This document shows, piece by piece, positions 15,792-27,624 of a stretch of 64,000 nt of DNA. Source of the stretch: Trichosphaerium sp. ATCC 40318 (Eukaryota > Protista > Tubulinea). Location of the stretch: positions 1 through 64,000 of the forward strand of contig JALMLS010000379.1 of assembly GCA_038496445.1 (NCBI GenBank), given 5' to 3'. A program made the translations under genes and the position numbers. Every line of letters starts with the position of its first letter. The stretch's first letter is position 1. Below the pieces are notes generated by a model, which was given only the letters and a program-made list of their open reading frames with translations, was not told the origin of the DNA and made no database searches.

Positions 15792-18700
15792 ATGGCAGAA
15801 AACGAACAAACGAAGGAATCCCACAAGATCGAACTACAGTTCTTTGAGAACGTCTCAAAAGCTCTTAATGTGGACGCTGATACACATAGTAAAGCGAGTG
15901 AGCTTCTGAACAGGTTTTTAGAGCGCCAAACCACCAAAGTAAGCCGTTATTCCTTTCACACTCTTACATTTACGTAAAGAAACCTCAATTGGCGAAAATC
16001 TGGGCAATTTGTGCTCTATACGTAGTAGCGAGCAAATCATTACCAGGTAGCAGTTCTGTGCCATCTTATGTCTCCTTATCCCAACTACTGCGAGAAGCAG
16101 ACGTGAAGTACGCAAAAAAAAGCTTGTATTACACATTTATTTAACCGTGTTTGTTTCCTAGACTAATAGACTTCTTCACACCGCTTAAAAATTTCATGGA
16201 GGTACTTGGCCTCCCACAAAAATGCGTACAATTGGTTCAGAACCTAGAAAAAAAGTTCATGGTTATGAAGATACTATTTTCGAAATACGAGCAGGTTTAC
16301 AACACGCTTTTCATCAAGGTTACTGGTAAGTGTGAAACCCCAAAACAGAACCAAAAAAAAAAAAAAAAAGAAAATTGGCTCACGAGTTTCTAGGTTTATC
16401 CGGCGCTAAGACGAAGAGGCGTACACCATCACAAAAATCATTCGCGTTCGGCTGGTATTTATTCCTCATCACGAGAGGTACAGCAAGCGTGACTTTTGGG
16501 TTTTTTGTATTTTTTTTTGAAAATAGCATGACGCTGTTTTATTCTATTTTTTAACGTGTAAATCTCGTTATTGTGGTTCAAGAGTGCTTACATTATTTTT
16601 TTGAAAGGGAAACTTTTAAAAAACCCGCCAGACCTCATAGAATGTCTCCACTTGCTTCTGTGTTGTCTGGAATTCTCATTGGCTCATATGAAAGAGAACT
16701 TACGGTTACAGCCGCTTACAACACTTTTGAGTGCGTTTTTTTTTCTTTTTTCAAATAATATCACCTAACGCAGTTTAGATAACAAATCTACCACCGCTTT
16801 ACACTATGTATGTACTAAAACTATGAGAGGAGTAAATTATACACAAGTTGCTGTTATAAAGAATAGATTATTTATACCTCTAATGAAGCAGGTATGTGTG
16901 CGCAGAGTTCAAGCGTTTTTGATTGAAACAAATTAGCAATTTTCTTTTTTTTTTTTTTTTTTCGCTTTTTTTTTCCTTGTTTAGGAGTCAAACTCATCGT
17001 TCTTCTTTCTGTAGTTATGCGAATTGGGCTTTATTCAGTTTAATAAAATGGGACGTCCTCCATTGGCGTTATCCAAGAATGATTTTTTTCTTGGTGGTTG
17101 TATGGATAATTTCCTGGATGCAAACTATAGTAAACTAGATAAGGAATATGAAATAATGCATTTTGGATCATGCGATTTTGATGAACGTCTATTCATTAGG
17201 TGCGCCTTTCTATTTACCTTCGCCTACTTTATGGACTAGCGGTTGACTTGTGATTTAGTTATAATATGCAGTTGGCTTCACCTACAAAACGATATACTTC
17301 TTCGGTACACTTTTGACTTTTTAGTCTATTTTCGGATAAAACAAACAAAATACAAATTTCTTTTTTTGGATTTGTTCGATTTTGGTCTTTTTTTTTACCT
17401 GAACTTACGATCTGTTAGCGCCCTAATGCTCCATTGTCTCCAATTAGTGGTGCTGTGGAGAGTGTAAACTGGCTAACAAAACTTCTTTCGAAGCGACCTG
17501 ATAAAGCTAGTGATATCGCACTTACGTTTTTTAAAGCGTGTGCTACAAGTCCACAGAAACAAATTGAAGAGCGTGTGGAAACTTTGTTGTGTATGTGCTT
17601 TTACCCTGCTTTATTTTTCTTATTTCATGATAGCGTCAATTACATTCCAATCTCAGGAAGCTCTTAGAAAGACATTAGCTAGAAAATTGTATTTTTTGTA
17701 CGAACTTGTTTTTTTTTCTTGGGTTATCGTGTTGACTTACACTTTGTTTTAGGTTGCTTGAAGAAATTCTTCTCGGAGAGCAAAAGCGTCTCAAACAAGT
17801 AAGCAATGACACTATTTACTACTATCTTAGCTAACGCTTACGTCTTATTAGCATAACTTTACTACACTTCTCAATCATGATAAATTTCATCGGTCGTTGT
17901 TGGCTGGTTGTTTAGAAATTGTCATTTCTTCCTACAAAATCCTTCACATGGGATTCCCACAAGTTAGTAATAAGTTTGGTATAACACCATTCGATTTTTG
18001 CAAGATAATAGAATGTGTGGTTAAGCATACTCCTGACGACGTATCCTCATTGATAGCTTTTTAAATTTTTTTTTGCTTGAAATTTATATTTTAATGTATT
18101 AATGTTCCTTGACTTACTAAGATGCCTCGTCCAATTGTAAAAGATCTTGTAAGGATAGAAGAGAGTATATTAGAGTTTCATGCCTGGAAAGCAGATTCAC
18201 CATTATTTACATACCTTGATGGGCCACAACAAGAATACCTTAATAGTAAACTTGAAGGTATGTTTTTTTTTTGCTTTTTTTTTCTTGTTACTAATAACAC
18301 CTTCTAGAAACTGGAACTCCTAAAAAACCTACGCTATCTGCTTGTGAGGTATTCAGCACGCCCAAAAAGGCTAAGAATATCCCTACACCTCGTAAAAATA
18401 GAAATCTGTCAATTGAGTTATTTTTCAGAAAAGGTGTGTTTCTATAGTCCTTTGTTTACTCCTTTTATTAACTGTTTTGTCTTTCTAAAGTATCTCACTT
18501 GGCTTCATTACGTATAAGAAAACTTGCTGCTGACTTACAACTAGAACCACACGATATTAGACAGGTACATTTCTTATTTATTTTCTTCTCTTTTTTCTTT
18601 TTTTTTTTGGTCATATTTTCCTTTTTTAGTTTGGACTCTAGTCTCCTTACTCTTTGCTTGTAGATTGAATATGCGTTTTTATACATTTTAACACAAAAGA

Positions 18701-19607
18701 CGGAGATTGTAAAGAATAGACATATTGATCAAATTATAATGTGCTGCCTTTATGGTATAGCAAAAGTGAATCAAATTGATCTATTATTCAAAGGCATTGT
18801 ACAGAAATACCTTGAACAACCACAAGCAACGCGAAAGGTAAACCTACCATACTTTTTTTGTTAGAATGCGGGCTTTTATTCTAAGATCCCTGCTTAGGTG
18901 TACACAAACGTTCTTTTGAATGATGGTGTTGAAGGCGATATTATTAAATTTTACAATACAGTTTTTGTAAAACAACTTGAGGGATTTCTCATGAAGTTTC
19001 AAAACGGAACACCTGCGCGACGTCAAGAGTACGTAGTCTTTATTTATAGTACAAGATCTAAACTTCTCTAGACTTGACGCAAACGGACCTAGAACACCAT
19101 TTAAATCACCTCAAAAAATATCTAACTTGTGGGTCTCGCCGCTTAAACGAGGTGCGTTCATCCTTCCTTTTTGCTCTGGTTAGTATTTATACTTATGCGA
19201 TGTATACAGGTGGTCATATTAGAACTCCTTTGAGTCTGCGTTATAAGATTGGAAATCCAAAAACCGCATTTTATCAGATCGGTGTTTCTCCAAAAAGAGA
19301 GCTGAAGACAATAAACACAAAGCTCATGAGCCCTGGAGCGCGTAGGCGTATTAATTTCGATAGTGCTGCGCAACCAGAATCCCCTACAAGTAATCGGTTA
19401 AAGCGTAAACTAACAGAGGAAGAGGTTGTGTTTACAGATGCAATCCAAGTACGTCCCATTTTTTCGTGAGCTTTGAAAGTCATGTTTTATTTTCCCTTCT
19501 TTTCCTCCAGATTTTAACCTTTTTCTCTGTAGAACTTGCGTAATAGTACAGATGTTGTAGTTCCAGCTGCGAAGAGAGCTAGAAGCGAGTCACAGCAATC
19601 AGCGTGA
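15792..19607 (+). CDS. RB: Retinoblastoma-family pocket protein
   Basis: N-domain (YVSLSQLLR, FAFGWYLF), pocket A (FHRSLLAGCLEIV, FDFCKIIECVV, RIEESILEFHAW), pocket B (NRHIDQIIMCCLYGIAKV, GDIIKFYNTVFV), and many SP/TP CDK sites. Confidence 0.93.
18041..18121 (+). other. U12-type (minor) GT-AG intron in RB
   Basis: Donor GTATCCTC and branch site TTCCTTGAC close to the AG. Removal joins KHTPDD|MPRPIVK in frame. Confidence 0.8.
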
Positions 19608-20496
19608 TCGTTTTAACGGTTCCCCTTTCGAAGGTTTTTTGGTAACACAAACTATTTGAATCTATTAAAATGCCGCCACTAATGTTAGGTAAAAAAAAGT
19701 GTGCTGGTAGTGTAATTTTAAGTTGTAAATGTAACTATAACAATGTAAAGAACCCAAATGGCTATAGTGTAGTAGTTTTTGCCTGGTAGTACTTCTACAA
19801 AACCAGAACCCTTTGTACAAAAATCTTAGCGACTAGCTCTGACCTTTTCTGCTTTTTATTTTATTTGGTTTTGTCAGCCACTGGTTAACCAAACGTCGTC
19901 TTCTTAAACGAGGTTGTTAGAAACTAAGGTGGCCTTGGTATAAGGGCGTATTTCGTTTTGTAAAACGTGTTGCGAACCAGATCTGCTGAAAATATCTATT
20001 TCACGCCTTAGCATTTGCAGGCGATCAATACCTCATAGCAGCGATGTGGACAAAAATAGGGTTGTAGTAAAGTCTAAGGAGTATACCAGCACTAACTATA
20101 TGCTCCAAATTGGATTATCAGGTGTTTCGGTTGGCTCAACGTGATTTTTCGAAGATGAGTGTAACGGCACGTACCATTTTTTTTATGCTCTCTTGCATAT
20201 CTATGAGCGTAGAAGATTTCGTAGAGTGACCAACAACGTCGTTTGTACGAACTAATTTGAAATAGGATGAACTACTAAAACCACGTATTAGACACTTGTG
20301 TATACACTATATACGATATGGACGCTTTCTGTGCTCATTGTAGCAGTACTCAAATCATCGGTAAGTATTCTTGTTGCAAACTTGCAAAAAACAAAACGAC
20401 ACTGAAAGAGTTACATTGTTTACTATTGTACATTTAGGTTTTTTTTTACATTTTTTTGTTGGTTTGCCAAAGTCGAAGTTCGGTAGAGTTAATTAA

Positions 20497-20781
20497 TCAA
20501 GCTCTAGGCGCCAATGGTAGCTTCAATGGAGTTCCAAAGTATATAGGCTGCATGGGAGACCACTGTGATTCGGTTTCAACGCGTTCGGCTGATGTGGCGC
20601 TTGGCAGAAGGTTATTTTGTTCCTCGTACGTTGGAACGAACTCTATGCGCTTCTTGAAAGTAACAACAGATACCCGTGCTTGTACAATCTCGGTATTGGT
20701 CGATCTCTTCGTTGATCGTCTCAATAGTCGGTTGTATGAGCATCTGGTAAAGTTGCGGATCGATTTAATAATGGTTGACAT
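20497..20781 (-). CDS. Small intronless ORF (94 aa) with possible PP1-docking motif
   Basis: ATG-initiated ORF divergent from the kinase; contains VVTFKKRIEFVPTY. Confidence 0.45.
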   Translation of the reverse strand: MSTIIKSIRNFTRCSYNRLLRRSTKRSTNTEIVQARVSVVTFKKRIEFVPTYEEQNNLLPSATSAERVETESQWSPMQPIYFGTPLKLPLAPRA

Positions 20782-21312
20782 GCTGCGCTTCTCAAGATTT
20801 TTTAATTTAGTGTTGGTAAGTTCCTCCTGCTGTTGAAAATTCGCTTTTTTGGACTATTTTTACGTATTAGGATCTTTCTAACGCTAGTCGCTACCCACTA
20901 TCGCGTATTATTGAAGTCAAAAGAGGCTTCTCTGTAGGACGGTAAAAAATAAAAAAAACCCAAGTTTCGCGTTTTTTCTGATGTCTATTAAATTTCTCAT
21001 GTTGCACGTAGTTTGGCTTCTCTTAGCCTTCTCACGCGACATCACCATAATTATCGTAATTTACGAAGTACTAGATCGGGTTTTGAGGGTTTTTTAAAAT
21101 TAGCGAAAAAGTCTGTCGTTTTCGTCATGTGCACTTTCCTTTTTTGACTTTTTTGACCCGTTAGCTCCGGAAATACTTCTAAACTCATTTCTATGTCGAT
21201 TAAGAGGTAATCAGGTTTGAAATTCTCAAGTTTTTTTGAAAAAACACGACCGAGTTTTGCGCCTTTTAGTAACAATTATTTGGTTCACGAGCTTCGCACT
21301 TCTTTATTCGAC

Positions 21313-22307
21313 ATGGCCAGATTACTCAAATCCTTTTCACGCTCTACTCGGTCTTTCTTCAACGCTGTTATCGGCAGGACTCCTAAACAAGGTATTAAAG
21401 TCAAAAAGTCGAAACTGGGCGAAGGCACTTGTGGCTCTGTGTTTAAAGCACACGACAGGACAAGTGGGGCAAAGCTCGCTGCAAAAGTAGTTAATTCTAC
21501 TGGAAAGAGCAGAGCTCGTTGTAGAACCATGGTTAGAGTACTGGTACGTCCTCATTTCTTGATTTACTGAAACGGTTTTTTTGTTTCTACTTATTGCAGC
21601 AATTCAACTCGTTTTTCTAACTCTATTGCTATTAGAAAACAGAATTCGAGCTATCTAGAGTTGTATCATGCGAAAACATACTCGAGCCGGTGGATTTTAT
21701 CGAAAATGGTAGCGACGCTGCGTTGGTAACACCAAGAGCACTTTGCGATGCTGAGCATTTAGAAAACTTGGAAGAAGAGGCTATTGCTACTATTGTGAAG
21801 GCCACACTGAATGCAGTATTTAAACTGCACAGTGCCGGTATTATTCACCGTGATATCAAAGCAGAAAACGTCCTTATCACCAGAGACTATGTCCCTAAAT
21901 TAACCGACTTTGGAATTGCAAGTTACATCACTGACATCGAAGGATATACACTATTTGATGGCACCTTTGGGTTCGTTCCACCTACTGTTAAAGAACTTGG
22001 TTATACCGAAGCAAGCGACATTTATGCTATTGGTATGATGGCTATACAACTAGCTATGGACTCTGATGAGAGTTTACCTACGATGGAAAACGACAAAGAC
22101 ATTTTTGAAGAAAGTGGAAGAATGGCCAAAAAAGCCTATCAAGTATTTATTGATAAACAATGGGTTAGCAAAGACTTTGTGGAATTTGTCGATCTATGCT
22201 TGGACCTTACATATTCACCTTCTGCGGAAGATTTGATGGGCCTCCCATTTATATCAAACGCTCTTAGTACTGAAGATTTCAAAAAAGAAGTGAAGAAGAG
22301 TATTTGA
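21313..22307 (+). CDS. Ser/Thr protein kinase (STE-like), one intron
   Basis: LGEGTCGSVFKA, AAK, HRDIKAEN, TDFG, DIYAIG. The APE motif is degenerate (VPPT). Confidence 0.88.
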
Positions 22308-22954
22308 ATTTCTACAACATAACCTTTGTACATACTTTCTTTGTAACATAGCACTTGTATTATAAAAAAATAGCACTCACTCTTGTGTCGTTGTTCAGTG
22401 CCCAACATATGATTTATTTACTCTATGCTCGTTTTAATTGCAGCTGGTCTCAGCAAAAGACGTGGTGACCTCTTTGCTACAACAATTCTACCACATCCAT
22501 ACAAGTGGAGAGGAATTGTTGTTTGCTATTTGATGGTGCTTACGAGTGTGCAACTGTGAATAAATTTAAGCAGCGTAATCGGCTGTACTTAGTTGTATTG
22601 ATATTATATGTCAAACTGCAGCTGCGTTCTTACAATCATTGGTACCTTGTTTATTTCTTAACTATACAACTAGCTGTGCCAGTAGACTTCATCCATGAAT
22701 CCAATGTTAGGAACTTCGAAAAGCAACAATATGACTGGTAGTACAATATCATTATGATGTTCTTCGTCTTCCTTTGTTTTACATAGAGTGACAACATTGT
22801 CGTAGTTGTAAAACAAAACTGAGAAGTGGTTTTACCACCTTATGTTCCTTGTGTTTGTAAAAAAAGGGCAAAGATAACTGAACTATTTGGTCTTATGTTG
22901 CGTGTTCTATTGTACATTTTTGTTTCTTATCAGACTGCTAAGACATGAATATTG

Positions 22955-23347
22955 TTACACTGCACTTTGTTGTGCTTCGTGTGAAACACTTATTGGTCCA
23001 TTTTCAAGTAGAGGAGAGTTGATATTCTTAGAACCACGGCTTCCTTTAGTTCTTGTAACGAAGAAGACGACAACAACTACAATGAACATAACGACGCCGA
23101 AAAAAGCCATCAGTGTAACAACAGCAATAAAAAAAGGCTCTTGGTTATCACCAGCATCATCATTAGACGGTTGTTGCTGTTCATTAACATCACCCGACAC
23201 TTTAATTTTAGGGTCATCTTCTTGTGATGAGTGGCTTTGTTTTGTTGATTGGGTTGACGTCGTTAACGCTTTTGAAGTTCTAGTTTGTTCACTCTTTGCT
23301 TTGACATTTACCACGAATGCTAACAGCATCATCGCCACGAGAACCAC
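22955..23347 (-). CDS. Small type-I membrane protein
   Basis: Signal peptide-like N-terminus, S/T/Q-rich stalk, long hydrophobic segment, short tail containing SPLL. Confidence 0.55.
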   Translation of the reverse strand: MVLVAMMLLAFVVNVKAKSEQTRTSKALTTSTQSTKQSHSSQEDDPKIKVSGDVNEQQQPSNDDAGDNQEPFFIAVVTLMAFFGVVMFIVVVVVFFVTRTKGSRGSKNINSPLLENGPISVSHEAQQSAV

Positions 23348-24121
23348 TCTCTATTTAATAAGTGAGTTTCATGACGAGTTTAAACAAGTATGAGCGGTTT
23401 TTAGCGAAATTAAAAGCGTTATGTTTAAACGTACAGTGCTGGGCATGTGTGTTTAACTTGTACAGTTGATAGACGTCTTGCTGCTTTCTTTTGACTATTG
23501 CGGAGAATTTGTTTAAAGTGAGTTGTGTTGCACAGTTTACTATTTTACTGAAATGAACTATTTTGATTTTGTTCACGGCCAAAAGGTTTGCCCTGACAGA
23601 AAAAAAAAAAAGTTCAACTTGAGAATAGCTCCATCCAAAGGTCTAAAAGCTCTAATCTAAGCTACAACGTTTACCCTGACAGAATCTTCAGCTTGAGCTA
23701 AGCCCGGCTAAAAGGTTTGCCCTGCCTAGAGGTTAACTGTTCCAGCAGTTGATTAGCTTGTTACAAAGGATCTTAACTTGCTAACGCGACATGATGAAAA
23801 TTGTTTGAACACAAATTATGTAATGCTCATCGGAACCAGTACTACTGAGGAATGACTTCCGTTACTATAGCTAAGGAACTGGCAGAGGTCTGGTGTGTGA
23901 AGGAAGGTAGCTTTGAGTAACACATTATACGATGGCTATCAAAGAATCAAGAAAGCCTATCGGCTATCACACGGCTACCATTCGCAGAAAATACTTAAAA
24001 ACGAGCAAAGAGCCTGTAAGGAAGTTACTATACTGAACTTGAGGCTGGCTAAAGACTGCACAGCAAGTAGCTTAACCGTGAGTCGTTAAGTATTACGTCT
24101 CCACACCACACGCTGAAATTC

Positions 24122-25453
24122 ATGAGTACTTTAGCCATTTCTCTTGAACAGGTGATAAGATACTATAATGAACACCATACGGAGTCATACAGCAAAATAA
24201 AGAAAGAACTACATCAAACGTTTATTAAACAAGTTGAAAGTATTCTAAATAACTCTAACACAAGTCTAATGCAACAAATCGATAAGCTTCTACTCCAACA
24301 CGTTGTTTCTGCCACAATGGGCGCTCCAACAAGCGAACACAGAGAGTACGCTAGTATCCAGTAAAACCCCAAAAATTGGCTACATTTCAAACTCTGTATG
24401 TTGTTTTGTTTTAATTGTTTGACTCATAGAGATCACGTGACAAACAAAGAACCAACCCTTGTAAGTATTCCTACAGAGGTTTTATCTATTATTTTACATC
24501 ACACAGAATCAAAATCAAGGTTTTCTGCAGCTCAGTCATGTCGTTTAATGGCAAATGTCATTCATGATGTTGTTGGTTATAAACGACTAAAAATATCAAC
24601 CATTTCAGATATTTTGAAGATTATCAAGTACAAAGGAGTAATGAAGTACAGCATAATTAGATTATGTGGGAGTATTCAAAATACATATTTTTCACTACTA
24701 TCTGGATGTTGTCACATCAAAATGTCAAGTAGACACAGCAGTCATATAACTGATGTTGATCTTAAAAACATGTCAGGTGTTAAACTCATTCACCTTCAAA
24801 ACAATCAACATATAACTGATGAAGGAATCAAAGCACTTGCTGGCGTTCACACTATAGATCTTCAAGGTACAAATATTACAGATGAAGGTGTCAAAGCGCT
24901 TAAAGGTGTTCATAAAATTTACCTGAGTGATTGCAAGTATGTAACAGATGAAGGAATCAAAGAACTTGCTGGTGTTCATACTATCGATCTTGAGGATTGT
25001 GAAAAGATATCAGATGAAGGAGTGAAGGCACTGAAGGGAGTTCACACCATTAATCTGTCCAACACCTCAGTGACAGATGAAAGCATTGTTGAGTTGAAAG
25101 GTGTTCACACAATTAGTCTTCGTAATTGTGAGAACATATCAGATGAAGGTGTCAAGGCACTGAAAGGTGTTCATAATATTAACCTCTGCCAGTGTTTTAA
25201 TATTTCAGATGAAGGCATCATGGCACTAAAAGGTGTTCATACGATTGATCTTTCGTGTACTGAAGCAACAAATGCATGTATGAGAAGCCTCAGAGGTGTT
25301 CATAGTATTAACCTTAGTCAGTGTCAGGACATATCAGATGAGGGTATTAAAGAACTAAAAGGAGTTCATACCATTGATCTTTGGAATACCTCGGTGACAC
25401 AGTACACCATTAAAGAACTTACTGGTGCTGTTAAAATTAATAGTAGATGGTAA
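24122..25453 (+). CDS. F-box-like plus leucine-rich repeat protein (copy A); single intron 24346-24429
   Basis: LVSIPTEVLSIIL F-box-like motif; about 10 repeats of ITDEGIKALxGVHTIDL. Confidence 0.85.
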
Positions 25454-25811
25454 CGGCTAGAAAACGGAAGTCAACTCTTTGACATACACAATAAACAAGT
25501 TAGTTTTAGCGACTTGACGGTGGCAAGCTAGAAGGAGAGTATAAAGCCTTTCATAGAAATGGTCAATTACAAACCATGGTACATTATAAGGCTGGTAACC
25601 GTGATGGAGATTCAAGTGTTGGTCAACGTGGAACTTTGCTCAAGCATTGTATGTTTGTCAATGACGTGTGCAACAACCTATTGTGAGAGCACATACAAAG
25701 AAGATGAAAAGCCAAAAACGTCTTAATCGCATTGTGAACCAATAAACCAATAGTTTTTTCTAGGAAGTCATAACTGTGTGACGCTGAAATTTTTTTATTT
25801 TTTTCCTGATA

Positions 25812-27305
25812 CTAGTAGTATGTTCCGTTATAACCATTCAAGCATTCTTCTATGAAAAATACATAATAGTCAACTGGTTGAGCACGTACATCAAGCAATG
25901 TATGCACATTTGAACTGAGACAATGTACATCAATAGCAAAAAGAGCAGGTCTTAGCAAGTTGAGACCTTCACTTGTTAGGTGTTCACAATTGCTGACACC
26001 AATGGTATGAACACCCATTAGTGCTTTGATGCCTTCATCTGTAACTGAAGTACCCTTAAGGTTGATAGCATAAACTCCTGCAAGTGCTTTTAAACCTTCA
26101 TCTGTCACTGCAGTACCCGAGAGATCAATGATATGGACACCTCTTAGTGCTTTGATACCTTCATCTGTTATTGACGTATTTCCAACATTAATAACCCTAA
26201 CACCTGCCATGGCTTTGATGCCCTCGTCTGTCACTCCTGTTCTATTGACATAAATAGTATGAACGCCTTTCAGTGTTTTAATACCTTTATCGGTAACTTC
26301 AGTGCCTGACAGAACAATTCTATTATCTCCCTTTAATACCATAACACCGTCATCTGTTACTGAAGTACAGGAAAGGTCAATATCGTGAACACCTTGCAAT
26401 GATTTGATACCTTCATCTGTTATATTTTCGCACTCTCTGAGGTTTATAGTATGAACTCCAGCAAGTGCTTTGATTCCATCATCTGTCACTGTAGTCCGAG
26501 AGAGGTCAATAGTATGTATACCGCACAGTCCCTTGATACCTTCATCTGTAATGTGCTTACAACGTGTGAGGTTTATGGAATGGATACCTGCAAGTGCCTT
26601 CAGGTCATGATCATTTATAACACTACTTTTCTTATGCAACTCAGCTGTACTTCTAAGGAAGTTTGTATCAAGGTTGTTACACCCAGACAATAGTGAATAT
26701 AGAGAATTGTTTTCAACATTCAAAACTATTTTTGTGTTGTTCATGGCACCCTTGTACTGTCTGACCTTTAAGATATCTGGGAGGTCATAAATATACACCT
26801 CTTTGTATCCTACAACATCGTGGATGATATCAGACATCAACTGACATGACTGAGCAATAGCAAATCTCTGTTTTGCATCTGTATGATGCAAAATAGTTGA
26901 AATAACTTCTGGAGGAAAACTAAGTATATTTGGCGTGTTGTGTTGTATTGTTTGTGCTCTTATTGATCATCTTTAGTAAAGCGAGTGTATAGTGAGTACG
27001 TACTGTCGTGTTTGCTTGAGATTTGGTAACACCATGTCTTCTGAAAGCGTTGAGCGTTGTTTTAGCATAGTTGCGCCCCTGGAAAGTACTTCGGGGCGTA
27101 TGGTTGCACTAACGGCTGTATCGATGCTTTTGGATAGATATTTATCAAGTTGTTGTACAAGGCTCGTATTTGAAATGTTTAAGATTGTTTTAAGTCGTTC
27201 TACGAATATTTCAGGTTGCTTTGCAATAATTTTATTGAATTCGTCTTTGTGGTTCTTCCTGTAGTATGTGATCGCTTGATCAACTGAAACACAAGGTAAA
27301 TACAT
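25812..27305 (-). CDS. F-box-like plus leucine-rich repeat protein (copy B), convergent paralog
   Basis: Exon 1 (26973-27305 ORF) is homologous to 24122-24345 (QAITYY...ILNISNTSLVQQLDK). ILSFPPEVISTIL motif and the same LRR unit. Confidence 0.85.
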
Positions 27306-27624
27306 GATTTAACAAGGTTAACGGATAGACCTTTGAGTACAAATTAAGTAATCGCGTATTCTTTGTTAAGGCACTCAAGATTTTTGACTTTCGATTTTTT
27401 TTGTGTTGATCATAAGGATTTACTACAAAATTTAAGTGACAAAGTCATTCAAGTTTAACACATTTTAGATTCAAGTTAATAAAGAACACGTTGTATATTA
27501 AGACCCACGTAAAGTATCTACATCAATTTTACAGTACAAAGGTTTATTTTAACATTGTGAGTTCCAATTCAGGTTTAAACTTGTGGCCACATACAGTCTA
27601 TGTTCGCTCTGTTTTTTTTGCTTG

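Noticed and set aside
24760-26600. Regularly spaced repeats suggestive of a CRISPR array
   Set aside because: They are in-frame LRR codon repeats in a eukaryotic gene; no cas genes.
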